A DNA stretch of 64,000 nucleotides from Octopus vulgaris (Eukaryota): NCBI GenBank assembly GCA_951406725.2, contig OX597816.1, forward strand, positions 146,258,001-146,322,000, read 5' to 3'. A program made the translations under genes and the position numbers. Numbering within the stretch: position 1 is the stretch's first letter; every line of letters starts with the position of its first letter. Positions 10,876 through 23,880 of this stretch are shown in pieces. A model generated the notes under the pieces. It ran no database searches, was not told the origin of the DNA, and saw nothing but the letters and a program-made list of their open reading frames with translations.

Positions 10876-13800
10876 AATACCATCTGTTCGTGACATCAAA
10901 TTATCTTACTATAGAGTCCGACTTCTGAGTAATCTGTTGCGAATAATGACTGCATTTTTCCTGTCAAAAGTAAAATATTCTCTTTAAACTAATCTTCAGC
11001 TCCCAATCTGTTGTTTGATGCCTAACAATATGGATTTTATTACTGTATAATTCTTTTTCCGACTTTAGTCACAAATATTTTAAATTTTATTTGAATATTA
11101 AAATTGTACGCTCAATTTGGTGCGTGTATGAGGTATCAGGGAATCTTCCGATTTAGTTTCAGTTACTGGGCAAAACACACCTGTGTAATAGCTGAATTCA
11201 TCAATATATTCTGTGGAGTATGAAGGATACAGACACGATAAGCAGTGTTATTATCGGAAAACTGACGTGTAAATGATATCTAGTTATAATGAATAGAATT
11301 TTGTTTCATTGTGGAAATTACACACATTCGGTTACATTTTTAACCTGGAGAGTATTTGCCCTCTAGCCAGGAATATATTTTGAAGCATGAAATCAACTTG
11401 AAAGAATTAATAAGAAAGTGAACTTTTATATTTATTTAGGCTTACTGACTGAATGGTTTTGTCAGCAGATTAATGAGAATTAACCTGCACTAGTCCATTT
11501 GCCATTGAATTATAAACGCTAAACTACATCAGAACCAGTTCAGCAGCAAGTAATATTTTCTATCAATCGTTAACAACGGGAAGTTGTAACCAAGCAGTAG
11601 GTTGGGCCTGATGGAGATTATCTCTACTCATCAACGCTTGCACACAAAGCAGCAAACTAACAACATGAATAATTCACACAATGCTTTCGTTTCTATATAG
11701 CAATTGTCATTAAGTTAACCATTGCTCTATGATTTCAGTATGTAATTTTTTCTTTTTTCATTCTTATCCTGTTGCAAACACGGTTGTATTTTCTTTTCAT
11801 TTATTTAGCATTATATCGATTTCTTATGAGTAAAGTAAACAATATATTTTATAGGAAAGGTATCGTATTATATATCAAAATGTCATCGGGAGATTATTAG
11901 GAATTATTCTATCGATTTATGTTGGCAACATATAAAATTATGAGAGATCTCACCTAAAACGAAAACGGAGGGGAAAATGATAACAGTCAACGTAGGTTAG
12001 CGGTCAAACTCTCCGCGATTTCTGTTGATACTGCTCCTTTTACAACTATTACTATTCATTTTGATATTGAACCAAAGATAACCCTTTGCTTGTATCAGAC
12101 GTGATCTGCAGGACATAAATATATAAAAAACAAGCATGGACATTTTGAAAAAAGTTATGAAAATGGTTTAGACAGTCAAAGGGTTAAATTCCCTTCCGAT
12201 AATATATGTTTAGTTGAAATTAACACAGAACCGACTACTTCAAATAACTACATAAGTTGTACTTATGTTCTAAGAGGCATTCTAGTGAGAAATTTCTTCC
12301 CAAGCAGCTCCATGCACGGTTTTCCGCTAACATTAGCTATCCTTAAGTTCAATAGTGAATTATATGTGGTGCCCCGGATAAGTTAAATCAACGTTTTAAT
12401 TGTATCCTTAATCTTTACAAGAGAGTCACTGAGCAAATATACCTTATGTGTGCATTCAGTGCACTAATTACAAATAGGGTACCCATATCTAATATAATGG
12501 GTAGGAAAGGTTTGGTATATGAGATTATCGATACAATCAATGAAAAAGAAACCACCATTAATGCAAAAAAAACCCCAAAGAATCTGAACACAAGCAAGGA
12601 AGATTACTCAATTACTAAAGACGAGGTAAAATATAAAACCTGCATTATATTGATACATATAGATATTAAGCCTAGTGCTGAAAGGAAAATTAATGCTTCG
12701 TATTAATTAGATGACTCAACAAAACATGCCCAACTCATGACAGCTGGAATTTGTCCTCTGAAGTTCTATCTCTCTTTCTCTCTATCTCTCTCTCCCTCCC
12801 TCTCTCTTTATATATATATTGGGGTTGAATGACTTTAAAAAATACAAACGCAGAACAGCTGTGTAAACAGGTATTGTAATCTAGAATGCCCATGCAGCTG
12901 AAATTTGGAAGACCCGATTGGTGAAATTATATCATGAGAAGTACATGATGAACAAAACGTCAGCAGGTATGAGAGGAGAGTATGTTTATTTAAGCATTTG
13001 CTATCCTTTTGTTTGCGATCATTTCGCAGCCTTCTCAATGTAGTAATAATTTCAGTGTGGTAGAAATTATGTTCATATGTTTGTATTAAGATACATGCAT
13101 GGCCTTAAACAATACAACCATAAACTAACATCTCAGTGCAAATAAAAAACTCTAGAGTAGAGTCGTTGGTGAAAACATATTGTTTTGGTCGAGTATTGAG
13201 CTAGAAGGATGTGGAATGGCGGTTAATTCTAAGGATGTCAATCGGTTAAGTAATTGCATTCTCTTTTTAATTAAATTATATTTTTTCTTATTTTTATAAT
13301 GAATATATAGACAACTTGTCCCACATTAAGATATATGTATATCAGAAGTTGAAAATTTTTTTATAAGCAAACAACAAACACTGTCTTCGCAAAACCCTAT
13401 AAACTAATCAACTTGCTTATAGAACAATGAACAGCTAAATAGAAAGATATAAACATACAACCTATACTGAAATAGTTTCGTGAACATCGAAGCACCGGAG
13501 AAATACTTTTGTATAGTAACAAATCATGATATGCTTGCCTAATAGCCCCAAATGTATTGTGTAGCTTTGACCTTTACATCGTCAAAGCAAAAAAAATAAA
13601 TACAATAAAAGCAATAATAATAAAAATACTATAACACCGTGTGTCACATTAACAAATGAGAAAAACTACATACTTGTTTACAAATTTCTACATTGCATCA
13701 ATAAATTCTAAGCAACAACAGCCCCAAATTTAATCAATCAAAATGTTTTCAAAATAATCTTTGTATAAGAAGCGGCCATAAAATCTGATTACCAAGTAAC

Positions 13801-13972
13801 TGAAACCCGCATAACCACAGGTGAAGACCATATGAAGGTAGGACAAACTCTAATTGAATCGCAGTCTAGCGATGGCTCACCTAGACGAATATACATATGT
13901 GTGTTTGTGTGTGCGTGTGTGTTTCTGCCTGTCTGTCTGTGTATGTTCATATATATATATATATATATATAT

Positions 13973-14330
13973 ATACAAAACTAAGAGGAATGACCATTAA
14001 AGTGGACATCCTATATGCTAAACATAGACGTCAAATCGCCATTACCACGAAGAATGTGTTCTCAAGAACATATTCTTCGTGGTAATGGCGATTTGACGTC
14101 TATGCTTAGCATATAAGATGTCCACAAATCGCCATTGCTACGAAGAATGTGTTCTCAAGAACACATTCTTCGTGGTAATGGCGATTTGATGTCTACGTTT
14201 AGCGTATAGGATGTCCACTTTAGTGGTCATTCATCTTACTTTTGTATGTAACACAATTTTTAATCTTCGGATTTTTAAATATGCTAAGCCACTGTTTTTA
14301 ATTGATTAATATATATTTCTATCCTTATTA

Positions 14331-14375
<45 letters not shown>

Positions 14376-14717
14376 ATTAAATAATAAGGATAGAAATTTA
14401 TGTTAATCAATTAAAAACAGTGGCTTTTAACAATTGTTAAAATCATATCTCTTGAATATTATGTGATCTGATAGCCGATTCCCCTAGAAGAGATTCCCGT
14501 GGTAGACACACGACTCTACGAAACCATATGTTACATTATATATATATATAATGTAACATATGGTTTCGTAGCATATGTAACATATGTAACATATGGTTTC
14601 ATTATATATATATATAATGTAACATATGGTTTCGTAGAGTCGTGTGTCTACCACGGGAATCTCTTCTAGGGGAATCGGCTATCAGATCACATAATGATTC
14701 AAGATATATGATTTTAA
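13973..14717. repeat. Three adjacent fold-back palindromes
   Basis: 13973-14247 (with a duplicated inner hairpin), 14286-14426 and 14437-14717; the last two are centred on TA-rich runs. Confidence 0.9.
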
Positions 14718-15387
14718 TACACAGTTCCATGCAGCTGAAATCCACAAGATCTGATCGATGAGGTTATTTATTGAGGTGTATATAAACAATAAATGTCAGG
14801 AAGTTAGACAGCTGAATGTTTATATTCAACCACTTGTCTTCCTTCCGGTTACAGCTGTTTCGCCCCTTCTTTATTGTATATGTCCGTTCTAATACGCACG
14901 CTCGCATTATAGAACACAACACAATAGGTGAAGCATTGTGATAGACATAATATCCTGGTGATCTGATAAGCCAGCTTTCTTTATCTACATTGTTTTGCGA
15001 ATTTGTAACGTACCGAGTAATGTGTAGCATGTATATTTATGCAGACATATAAACGTAATTTATTGTACACTAAAATAATTATTACTTAAAGTAAGCTGTG
15101 AACCGACCGGAATCTTAAGGATGAGAGGTGTTTAAATACATGCTAGAAGGTGCTGAAAAGATCCTGGCTTTAAGTGTGTAGCGAAAGAACAGAATGAGTT
15201 CTTTTATAGAGCTTAGTAAAAGTGAAGGGCCACTGCAATAAGTGTATGAAGCTGAGAGAGGAATATGTTGAATAAAATCCAAAGTAACTGACCCTCCTGC
15301 ATTTTCTTTTACCCAAAGCCAGGAACTTTTCAAACATATGTTTGTATGTGTTTAGTGTTTGCCTGTATATAATTATACACACATATA

Positions 15388-15566
15388 GGCGCTGGAGTGG
15401 CTATGTGGTAAGAAGTTTGATTCCCACCCACATGGTTCAGGGTTCAGTTCCACTGCATGACACCTTGGGCAAGTGTATTCTCATGTAGCCTCTTGCAGAC
15501 CAAAGCCTTGTGAGAGGATTTGGTAGACAGAAACTGAAAGAAGCTTGTTATACATACATACATACA

Positions 15567-15659
<93 letters not shown>

Positions 15660-15917
15660 TTTATAGATAGATAGATAGATAGATGTATACATGTAAATAT
15701 ATGTATGTATGTATGTGCGTATTTGTGTGTATGTACTTGTCACCCCTCTATAGCTAGATAACCAATGTTTACTTTCCCCGTAACTTATCAGTTCGCAAAA
15801 CAGACTGATAGAATAAGTACTAATCTTACAAAGAAGTCGCCCTGCGGTCGATTTGTTCGACTAAAGGCGGTACTCTAACATGGTGGCAGTCAAATGACTG
15901 AAACAAGTGAAAGAATA
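15388..15917 (+). mobile_element. tRNA-derived SINE family B with internal microsatellite
   Basis: Head gtggctatgtggtaag...gggttcagttcc, CORE-like accttgggcaagt, tail cagtcaaatgactgaaac; further copies at 39.6, 46.3, 58.3 and 60.5 kb. Confidence 0.85.
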
Positions 15918-15984
15918 TACATAGGCATATTCATACTCACGTATAGACAAGATTCATAAAATCAAAAATATGATTAAGTTGCAT

Positions 15985-16700
15985 TTTTGTTTTATTTAAT
16001 TTAGAGGCGATCGCTTTTCAAAATGGAACCGAAATGGGTTTGACCCCACCAACCGCATTTCTGCGTTGAACTTCTTCCTTTTTTTACTCAACCTAATTAG
16101 GCGCTTACATACCCGACATTTGGGCTACTTTCTCCCATCCGTCAGGCATTTCTTCTCCAGACATGCTTTCCCTTTTAGGTGATATAAAAAGAGGTTAACC
16201 AAAGCATGCCCGGAGCGGAAGGTGTCTGATGCAATACCTCTTCCACGCAACTTATTAGTTAGTGGCACTGTCGTTGCACTTTTAACTATGTGTTTTTTAT
16301 GTGATAGCCTTCTCAAATGATCGTAATCAAATGCGAATTATGAATGCGTATATTGTATCGCCTCTTTCCCTATAGCTATTACGGTTAGAAAACAGAATTT
16401 CTCTTCTCTTTTTAGAGGAGACGGCGGAACGATCTTAATAATCGATTCGGCTGACAGCTTTACTCTCCCCTGCTGTAACAGTACCCGTTTGGTAGAAATC
16501 CACAGGTCTGAGAGACTCGGATACTGTACGTTTACATGCAGAACAGTTTCGTTGTTCCGCCCGCAACGTGGAAACGTAGGCGAAAACGTGACGCCATGCC
16601 TCACGAGTTTATCCTGTACTGGCAAGGCACCTCGGAATCACAGTCACGCCAGGGACCTCTGGAAGTTGTCCACAGATCCTGGGCCGAAAGTTCTTTGATG
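15985..16700 (-). mobile_element. L1/Tx1-clade LINE 3' fragment (zf-RVT region)
   Basis: RGALPVQDKLVRHG...PRCGRNNETVLH...SDLW; A-rich tail near 15985; interrupted by a 107-bp insert. Confidence 0.8.
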
Positions 16701-16919
16701 CCGTTTGGCAAGCTCACATCTTGTTCATTATAACGTCTTACATCCCTTCACGACATTTCCTGTTCCTAACTAAACACGGATTCTGTATGTAGTTTCCATG
16801 GTGACAGCGCGAAATATGTCACATGTTTCAGTATTGCTATGACAGGTGCATCATTTGTGTCGCTCTTTTGTTGTAATTTGTTATCGTGTTATTGTTGATG
16901 GTGTTTCTCAAGTTTTAGA

Positions 16920-17485
16920 TGCTAATGATGAGAATGATGGACGGGGAGAACAGAGGCAGTGTTGGTGCTTGTTGTGTTGGTTGAGTCGTTGGTGGTAATG
17001 GCTATGCTGCTACTATTGATTTTGATGATGATGATGATGATGAGGAGGAGGAGGAGGAGGAGGAGGATGAATGGGAGAAGGAGAAGGATGGTGATGAGGA
17101 TGATGATGATGATGAGTAAGAGGTGAAATGCGAGATGGAGGAATAGGAGGAAGGTGACGAGGAGGAGAGTGAAGGAAGGAGGAGGAAGGTGAAGGAAGAA
17201 GGAGGTAGGTGAAGGAAGGAAGAGGGGAGGAGGAAGGAGGAAGAGGACGAAAAGACGTTGATAGGTCGAGATGATACTGATGATCAAGATATGATCGATT
17301 TTGCTACTCCTTATTTAATCGGTGGTGATCGTAGGCATCACTACCACGGCCATCATCTTCAGGACCACCATCATCGTCATCATCATCATCATCATCATCA
17401 TTATCCTCCTCCTCATCATCATAATCATCATCGTCATCATCATCATCATAATCAGAATCGTCGTCGCCGTTGTCGTCGTCGTTAT
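16920..17485. repeat. Low-complexity trinucleotide tract (GAT/GAG/CAT)
   Basis: Runs of gat, gga, cat and cgt. Confidence 0.9.
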
Positions 17486-18077
17486 CTGCTTGAATATAAC
17501 AGGCATACTATGAATAACATTGTTGTTATGGCGATAATTATGATGATTATAATATTGACCGTGAATGTATTTAGAATAGCTTCAGCATACCGGATCATGT
17601 GATGTGACAAGTTTCGCATGAAATATTACAGATGGTTTGGGTTGATTGTTTGTATGTTTTCTAGTCAGTTCAATTATCTATGTTATCGTACAGCTGATCT
17701 GTCAGGAAATCAATCACTACTAAGATAAGTAGCTTCAACGAAACCCTTTTCGTTCAATTCCCCTTGAAATCACGTTGGCCAACAAGTTACGATCAAATAT
17801 TCTGCTCTCTCTCCCTCTTCATTTACTTTTCTTTTTATATTTATATACAAAGATACGTTCGTATAGAGCTATTTTGTCCAATCAAGATCTCTATCACCCA
17901 ATCTCTTCCTTCCTCTCTCTACATTCTCTTTCACTGGTTGTACACGTATGCTCTCACTTCTCACACACAGATAAATTTCCATACAAATACACACACACAC
18001 ACAAGCGCGCGCACACACAGAAATATATAGAGATTGATAGATACACACACACACATATATATTGTATGTATATATTG

Positions 18078-18138
<61 letters not shown>

Positions 18139-18322
18139 TTTGCTAAATTGAGAAAAACGTATTAGAGTAGTTATATTTATTTGTATCATCGTGCAGTACA
18201 TTGTTGGTTAAGATTTGGCAAGTTATCTACAGTTTCGCACCGACTGTGACACTGGAGAATATGGGTGATACTTCAGACTTGGTGTCCAGAAGAGCATCTC
18301 CTCATTCATACTGACGATAGAT

Positions 18323-18416
<94 letters not shown>

Positions 18417-18755
18417 GTGATGATAATTAAAGATGCGATTGGCAACATGTTATATGTGTATATATATATTAAGCATGTACATACACAAATATCTATATGT
18501 GTACAGTTAGATTAGACACTCAAGCTTTGTGGTTCATGTCTTAACTCAATATGGTAAGAAGCAAGGACGGATAAATTTGATTAATATATCAAAAGTTGAA
18601 AACCTGCTCAGAATTTTGCCACGTATCATACCTGGCAAATCTCCGAGTAGATACTGAAATTCTAAATAAAACATTAACGGGCACTCACACACAAACGCCA
18701 ATGTACATATATACACAAATACAAATATTTACATAAAATATATGTGTGTGTGTGT

Positions 18756-18927
18756 GTAGGTGTTGAGTCACACCTGCCTCTGTCACAATTTATATTCGGA
18801 AACACTGACACCAGGTTCGATTCTACACCAAAAGTTTGTAAATAGAATTCACTTAGCAGAATCGAACCTAGGTCCAGGTGATATCGATTCGAAATTAATA
18901 TCGACACAGCCATGTTTTAACACCTAC
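18756..18927. mobile_element. Degenerate palindromic MITE-like element
   Basis: Ends gtaggtgtt / aacacctac; inner inverted pair aggttcgattct / agaatcgaacct. Confidence 0.5.
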
Positions 18928-18933
18928 TCAAAT

Positions 18934-18985
<52 letters not shown>

Positions 18986-19044
18986 TATATTGTTAGTAAT
19001 AGTGTAGTTTGCTAGTGCTGTTGGTGTTAGTGGAGGTGGTGGTT

Positions 19045-19076
<32 letters not shown>

Positions 19077-19916
19077 TGCTGTTGTAGCACAAGTGTATAT
19101 GCAGCATATTTTGCAACTATCGTCGTAACTTTTGTTACTAACAATAATAAACGTAGAAATATTTTAAGTCGTAGTTTTACTTATCGCAAACTTTGTTGCA
19201 GACAAAGTTCAATGTGCATAATATTAGACGTAAATTTCTGAAACACTGGGAAGATAAACTTAATTTGATGACCGTCCTCATGAATTTGAGATTCTATAGC
19301 TATTATCTGCAGTAAAGTTCTCATTCTTGCTCTTCTAAAACACTAATGGCCGCTATATTTTCTAGAATTGCACCGTTGTTAGAATGGCGCATATTTTAAT
19401 TGACATCAATCATGTTTGGCATGCTGATCATTTGATGCAGGATAATACACAATAATTTGAAAGCATACGATATTAGGTGTGTACGACATCGTCTCATTGC
19501 AATCTATAGTCGCAACTATGAACGTTCATGGCCTCGGTTTAAATTGATAAGCTTTCTACATAAATTTATATAACCATACCGTCAACATAAATGTATATAA
19601 GTAAATCGGCAGCAGGGAAGAAAATTTGCAGTTCAAATATATACTTCACTTCCTAACAGGTCTGGAAACAAATTCTCCTAACTACTAATAACGTGCAAGA
19701 TACGAAACGATAAAATGGAATAACAATTCAAATCGTATATCAGTAATAAAACGATGAAGATTACCAACGTATAGTTAGACCGCCAAGGTCAATTCTGCAT
19801 AAACATTGGCAAAAACGAGGCACATATAGTGGTACAGCAGATATAATTGAAAACCTAATGGTTATGATAATTATGATGATGATGACGATTGTTCTCATAT
19901 TAATAATAATAATGAC

Positions 19917-20085
19917 CTTTTCTACTATAGGTACGGGACCTAAAGTTTTAGGGCGGGGGCTTGACGATTATATCAACCCAGATTTTAACTGCTATTTTAT
20001 CGACATCAAAACGATGAAAACCAACGTAAAAACGGAGAAAGTGTCACCAAACATTTTGCCCGGCGTGCTCATGATTCTGCAACTT
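19917..20085 (-). mobile_element. SINE family A, decayed
   Basis: Similar to 22293-22693 (tttctactataggtacgg..., ttttgcccggcgtgct). Confidence 0.65.
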
Positions 20086-20265
20086 GGTGGTTACTACTGC
20101 TACTGCTGCTACTACTACTAACTACTACTACTACTACTACTACTACTTCACTACCGCTGCTGCTGCTACTACTACTACTAATAATAATGATAATAATAAT
20201 AATAATGATAATAATAACAACAACAATAGTAATAATAATGATGATGATGATAATAATATTAATAA

Positions 20266-20712
20266 TGGGGTTTTAACATACAATGCGACCAAGTCATAGA
20301 GGTGAGATCGTCCATAAAGATTAAAAAGAAGCAGAGATAATAGATGTTGCAATACCAGGCGATTCGAGCATGAAATGTAACGAAAGAAAAAAGAACGAAA
20401 ACTACTAGCCACTGCGGGACGAGATAGGTAAGTGATGGGGCATACGTAAAGTAATGGTGATACCGTGGTAATTGAAGCATTAAGAGCAATTTCCAAGAGC
20501 TTTGAAAAACATATTAAGTATATTGGTGCTGCTGTCAGGCTCAAAGTGATCCAGGAGACAGCATTGTTGAGTACAGCTGGCATTCTAAGGAGAGTATTGT
20601 CATCTTTGAGTCAGAGGAGAAGGCACTATTTGAAACCTTTGGTGATTTCTTATTGCCTGCTTTCAAGTAAAGAACAACCAGTATTTGAGAACTATTCGAG
20701 ACTCTGTCAGAA
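20266..20712 (+). mobile_element. R4/Dong-clade non-LTR 3' fragment (restriction-like endonuclease) in (AAT)n
   Basis: WGFNIQCDQVIE...IIDVAIPGD...VIEALRAISK...IQETALLSTAGILRRVL; AAT repeats on both sides. Confidence 0.85.
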
Positions 20713-20949
20713 TAATAATATTTTTTTAATTTTTTACCTTTTTCTCTTTGTTTTCTCCTTTATCTCTATCACGTGACTCTGTAAATAAACAATCTGGTGT
20801 GTTTGTTTTAACGACCTACCAATGCATACAGTATCTTTCTCTGCCCTAGGTGTCAGGAAGACACTCGGCAAGAAATGTAAACAGAATTGAAAGAAGATAC
20901 TAATGAAAATAATGATAATAAGTATAATATAATAATAAAAAAAAACGTT

Positions 20950-21337
20950 GATATTCCTGGATACTCAACACTACACACTATCCAAAATATAGCTCTGCTA
21001 CGAACAGCCCACATTCTACGCAAGATACTATCAATTCAATAATACAACATAGACACAAGACATACTCTATATGATAATTAACGGTGAAATACACTTCCAC
21101 AAGACAGACAGACGAACGCATTACACACTCAACACAGAATACATGCAGTACAACAAAAGACTGCACCACACCTCAAAAGAAGAAAAATAACGCAATAAAT
21201 ACCAGGAAGAGTTTGCGCACTCTCAACAACAGAAAAGAACACACAATGCTAGACAGACCCCAGTAACACGGAGGCGTTGCGGTGATACAGTAAAAGTTTG
21301 CCTCAAACTACCAAATGTTGAACAACTATAAAATAAT
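20950..21337 (+). mobile_element. Second R4/Dong 3' end (different family) plus 3' UTR
   Basis: IPGYSTLHTIQNIALLRTAHILRKILSIQ* (stop 21040-21042); ends in aaataata. Confidence 0.75.
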
Positions 21338-22292
21338 ACTCCATACAATATGAACTCGGATACATTCCCTGTTCCTGAACACGAGGATAAAAAACTATCG
21401 ATAAAACTGTAGCTACTTTATGGAGCTAAAAATGATCTTCATAAGTGTGGCAGATGAAGAATATGTATACGTGGTGAAAGGAAATTTAAAGAGGAATAGC
21501 AGAAAGCTCGATGTAATCATCTACAAAAATGTAATAATAGTTGTATGGAATGTTAAAATCGGTTTAGCTTAAAGGAAGGATTGAATATTACGAAAGAGAA
21601 CATGTGTTTATCTCGTTTTTGAAGAAAAAAAGCAATAAAATGAAATTACCAAATTTGTTAGGAATTTGAAAGTGGAAGGCTACTGGAAGAATTAAACAGA
21701 CTGGACTAAACATAAGCGATATCAGAATTTGAAATGGTATTATAACGCATAAGCATAACCTCATATACTGTGCAGATTATGTTGCTTATAAGTAAAGCAA
21801 CAAGAAAATAAAGCAAATAAAGCAAAAAGAAACAGAAATATCCATAGAACAGAAGGGACTTCAGAGTTAAGGAGATCAGCCCAAAATTATCTTGGTTAAA
21901 TGCTATCATTGAAAACAAAATGGTGAAAGTCATTAGGGAAAGCTACAAAAACGATATAACATTCGACACAGTAGTGAATAAGCTGATAAAGAGAGAGAAG
22001 AAATAAAAATTAAAGACGAATAAAATTATGAGATGCCAACAAATGAGAATATACGAAACAAAATCTATCGAAACAATGAAATTAAACTCTATTAAACGCT
22101 TAACAATATGAACGGACACCAGGAGATTATATTGGAAGCATTGAAGCAGGATCCTAATTGAGGGAGAGGAACAGGTAAAATGCGAGCAACATATGTTTCC
22201 TAGTTTGCGGAATACGGGTTACGTATGTTTCTTAGCTTGCGGAGTACGAGGAGTACTCAGATAGTTATTCATACAGAGTAGCTACATTAAGT

Positions 22293-22693
22293 ATTCTTTT
22301 CCACTCTAGGCACAAGGCCCCAAAATTTCTGAGAAGGGGGCCAGTCGATTATATCGACCTCAGTACTCAACAGGTACTTAATTTATCGATCCCAAAAGAT
22401 TGAAACGCAAGATGACCTCGGCGAAATTTGAACTCAGAACGTAGCAGCAGACGAAATACCTATTTCTTTACTACCCACAAGGGGCTAAACACAGAAGGGA
22501 CAAACAAGGACAGACAAACGGATTAAGTCGATTATATCGACACCAGTGCGAAACTGGTACTTATTTAATCGACCCTGAAAGGATGAAAGGCAAAGTCGAC
22601 CTCGGCGGAATTTGAACTCAGAACGTAGCGGCAGACGAAATACCGCTCAGCATTTCGCCCGGCACCCTAACGGTTCTGCCAGCTCGCCGCCTT
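22293..22693 (-). mobile_element. SINE family A (internally duplicated form)
   Basis: Head ggcggcgagctggcagaa; B-box-like gagttcaaattcc; central gcctttcatcctttc.gggtcgat present twice. Confidence 0.9.
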
Positions 22694-23141
22694 AGATACC
22701 TTAATTATACGAAGGTTACATTGTCGTTAGAGAATTCCAAGACAACTCACCGAAGATGTAATTTCGCTTCGGCCTCATGAATGCTAACTGAGTACTCCTC
22801 GTTGGGTAATTATTACACGAGATAATTTGCAAGCTAGGAAACCTATATAGCTTGATTTTAAAGGTTCCACTCCCACAATTTTGATTTTTATTTGCATTCA
22901 TAACAACTCTTGTTGCTACCTGTGAGCAATACGAAATTTTTTTCATCTTATAGAACTTCAATATGGAAAAAGTCTACAGTCTTGACACCAATGAATTATT
23001 ATTGTTCCTGAACATTGTTTTTAATATCTACCACGGACTGCTCAAAGCCCACATACTTCTTACAATTACACATATATATATACATGTATGTAAATATATA
23101 TATATGTGTGTGCGTGCGTATTTGTGTGCATGCGTGAGTGC

Positions 23142-23184
<43 letters not shown>

Positions 23185-23224
23185 ACTGTATGATTATTCA
23201 GTTTTATTTCAATATTTCTAGTCA

Positions 23225-23880
23225 ACAGAGAAGCAGCCGGTTTCTAACCTAGATCCTAGGGTCCTTCATTGAAATTTCAACATCAACGACACGGTATTTT
23301 GTATTTATGTATGTATGTGTGTTTGTATGTATGTACGTATATGTGCAGACTTTTATGTTTTGTTTTATGTGTGTATTCTCATGCATATAGTTGCATATCT
23401 AGATACGCTCATACATATTTAAATGACAAAATTCTGGAATGTTTTTACAGATATTTACAGTTCCAGTGATTGATTGGATCTGTAGTTTTCGAATCAGCTT
23501 CCTCCATTCTCGTTTTTGAGAAACCTAATTTCTCAAGATTAGTCTTGATGCAATGTATTACATATTCCCGTTTCTCAATAATTACTGCTATTAACCTGAA
23601 CGCGTAATCTGGATAGAGTAACTGTAGATTTCTCAGTAGTTCAGCGTAGGTATTCTGTTTTTCAGTAATTTTCAGATTTATGTTAATATCCGCTGGCCAG
23701 CTGCTTTCCAGAACACTACACAATTTCTCTTTTCTATCACAAATCCTTATATCAGGTCTGTTGTGCATACATTTTATTGAGGTCTTCATAGGGACGTTCT
23801 ATCAGTACTGTTTTTTATTATGAGTGGTTTTGCCGTTTACCATACATTGGGTTCTTATTTCCTTGTCCTCTGTGTTATCC
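23225..23880 (-). mobile_element. RLE-type non-LTR (R4/Dong-like) 3' fragment
   Basis: KCMHNRPDIRICDRKEKLCSVLE...KITEKQNTYAELLRNLQLLYP (PD..E..K motif). Confidence 0.8.

Noticed and set aside
12150-12186. piggyBac-like end aaagggttaa
   Set aside because: No matching opposite end or transposase found.
12898-12966. Putative exon ending CAG|gtatga
   Set aside because: No pyrimidine tract and no recognisable peptide.
21340-22200. Possible decayed N-terminal part of an R4/Dong ORF
   Set aside because: Only vague similarity; too degraded to support.
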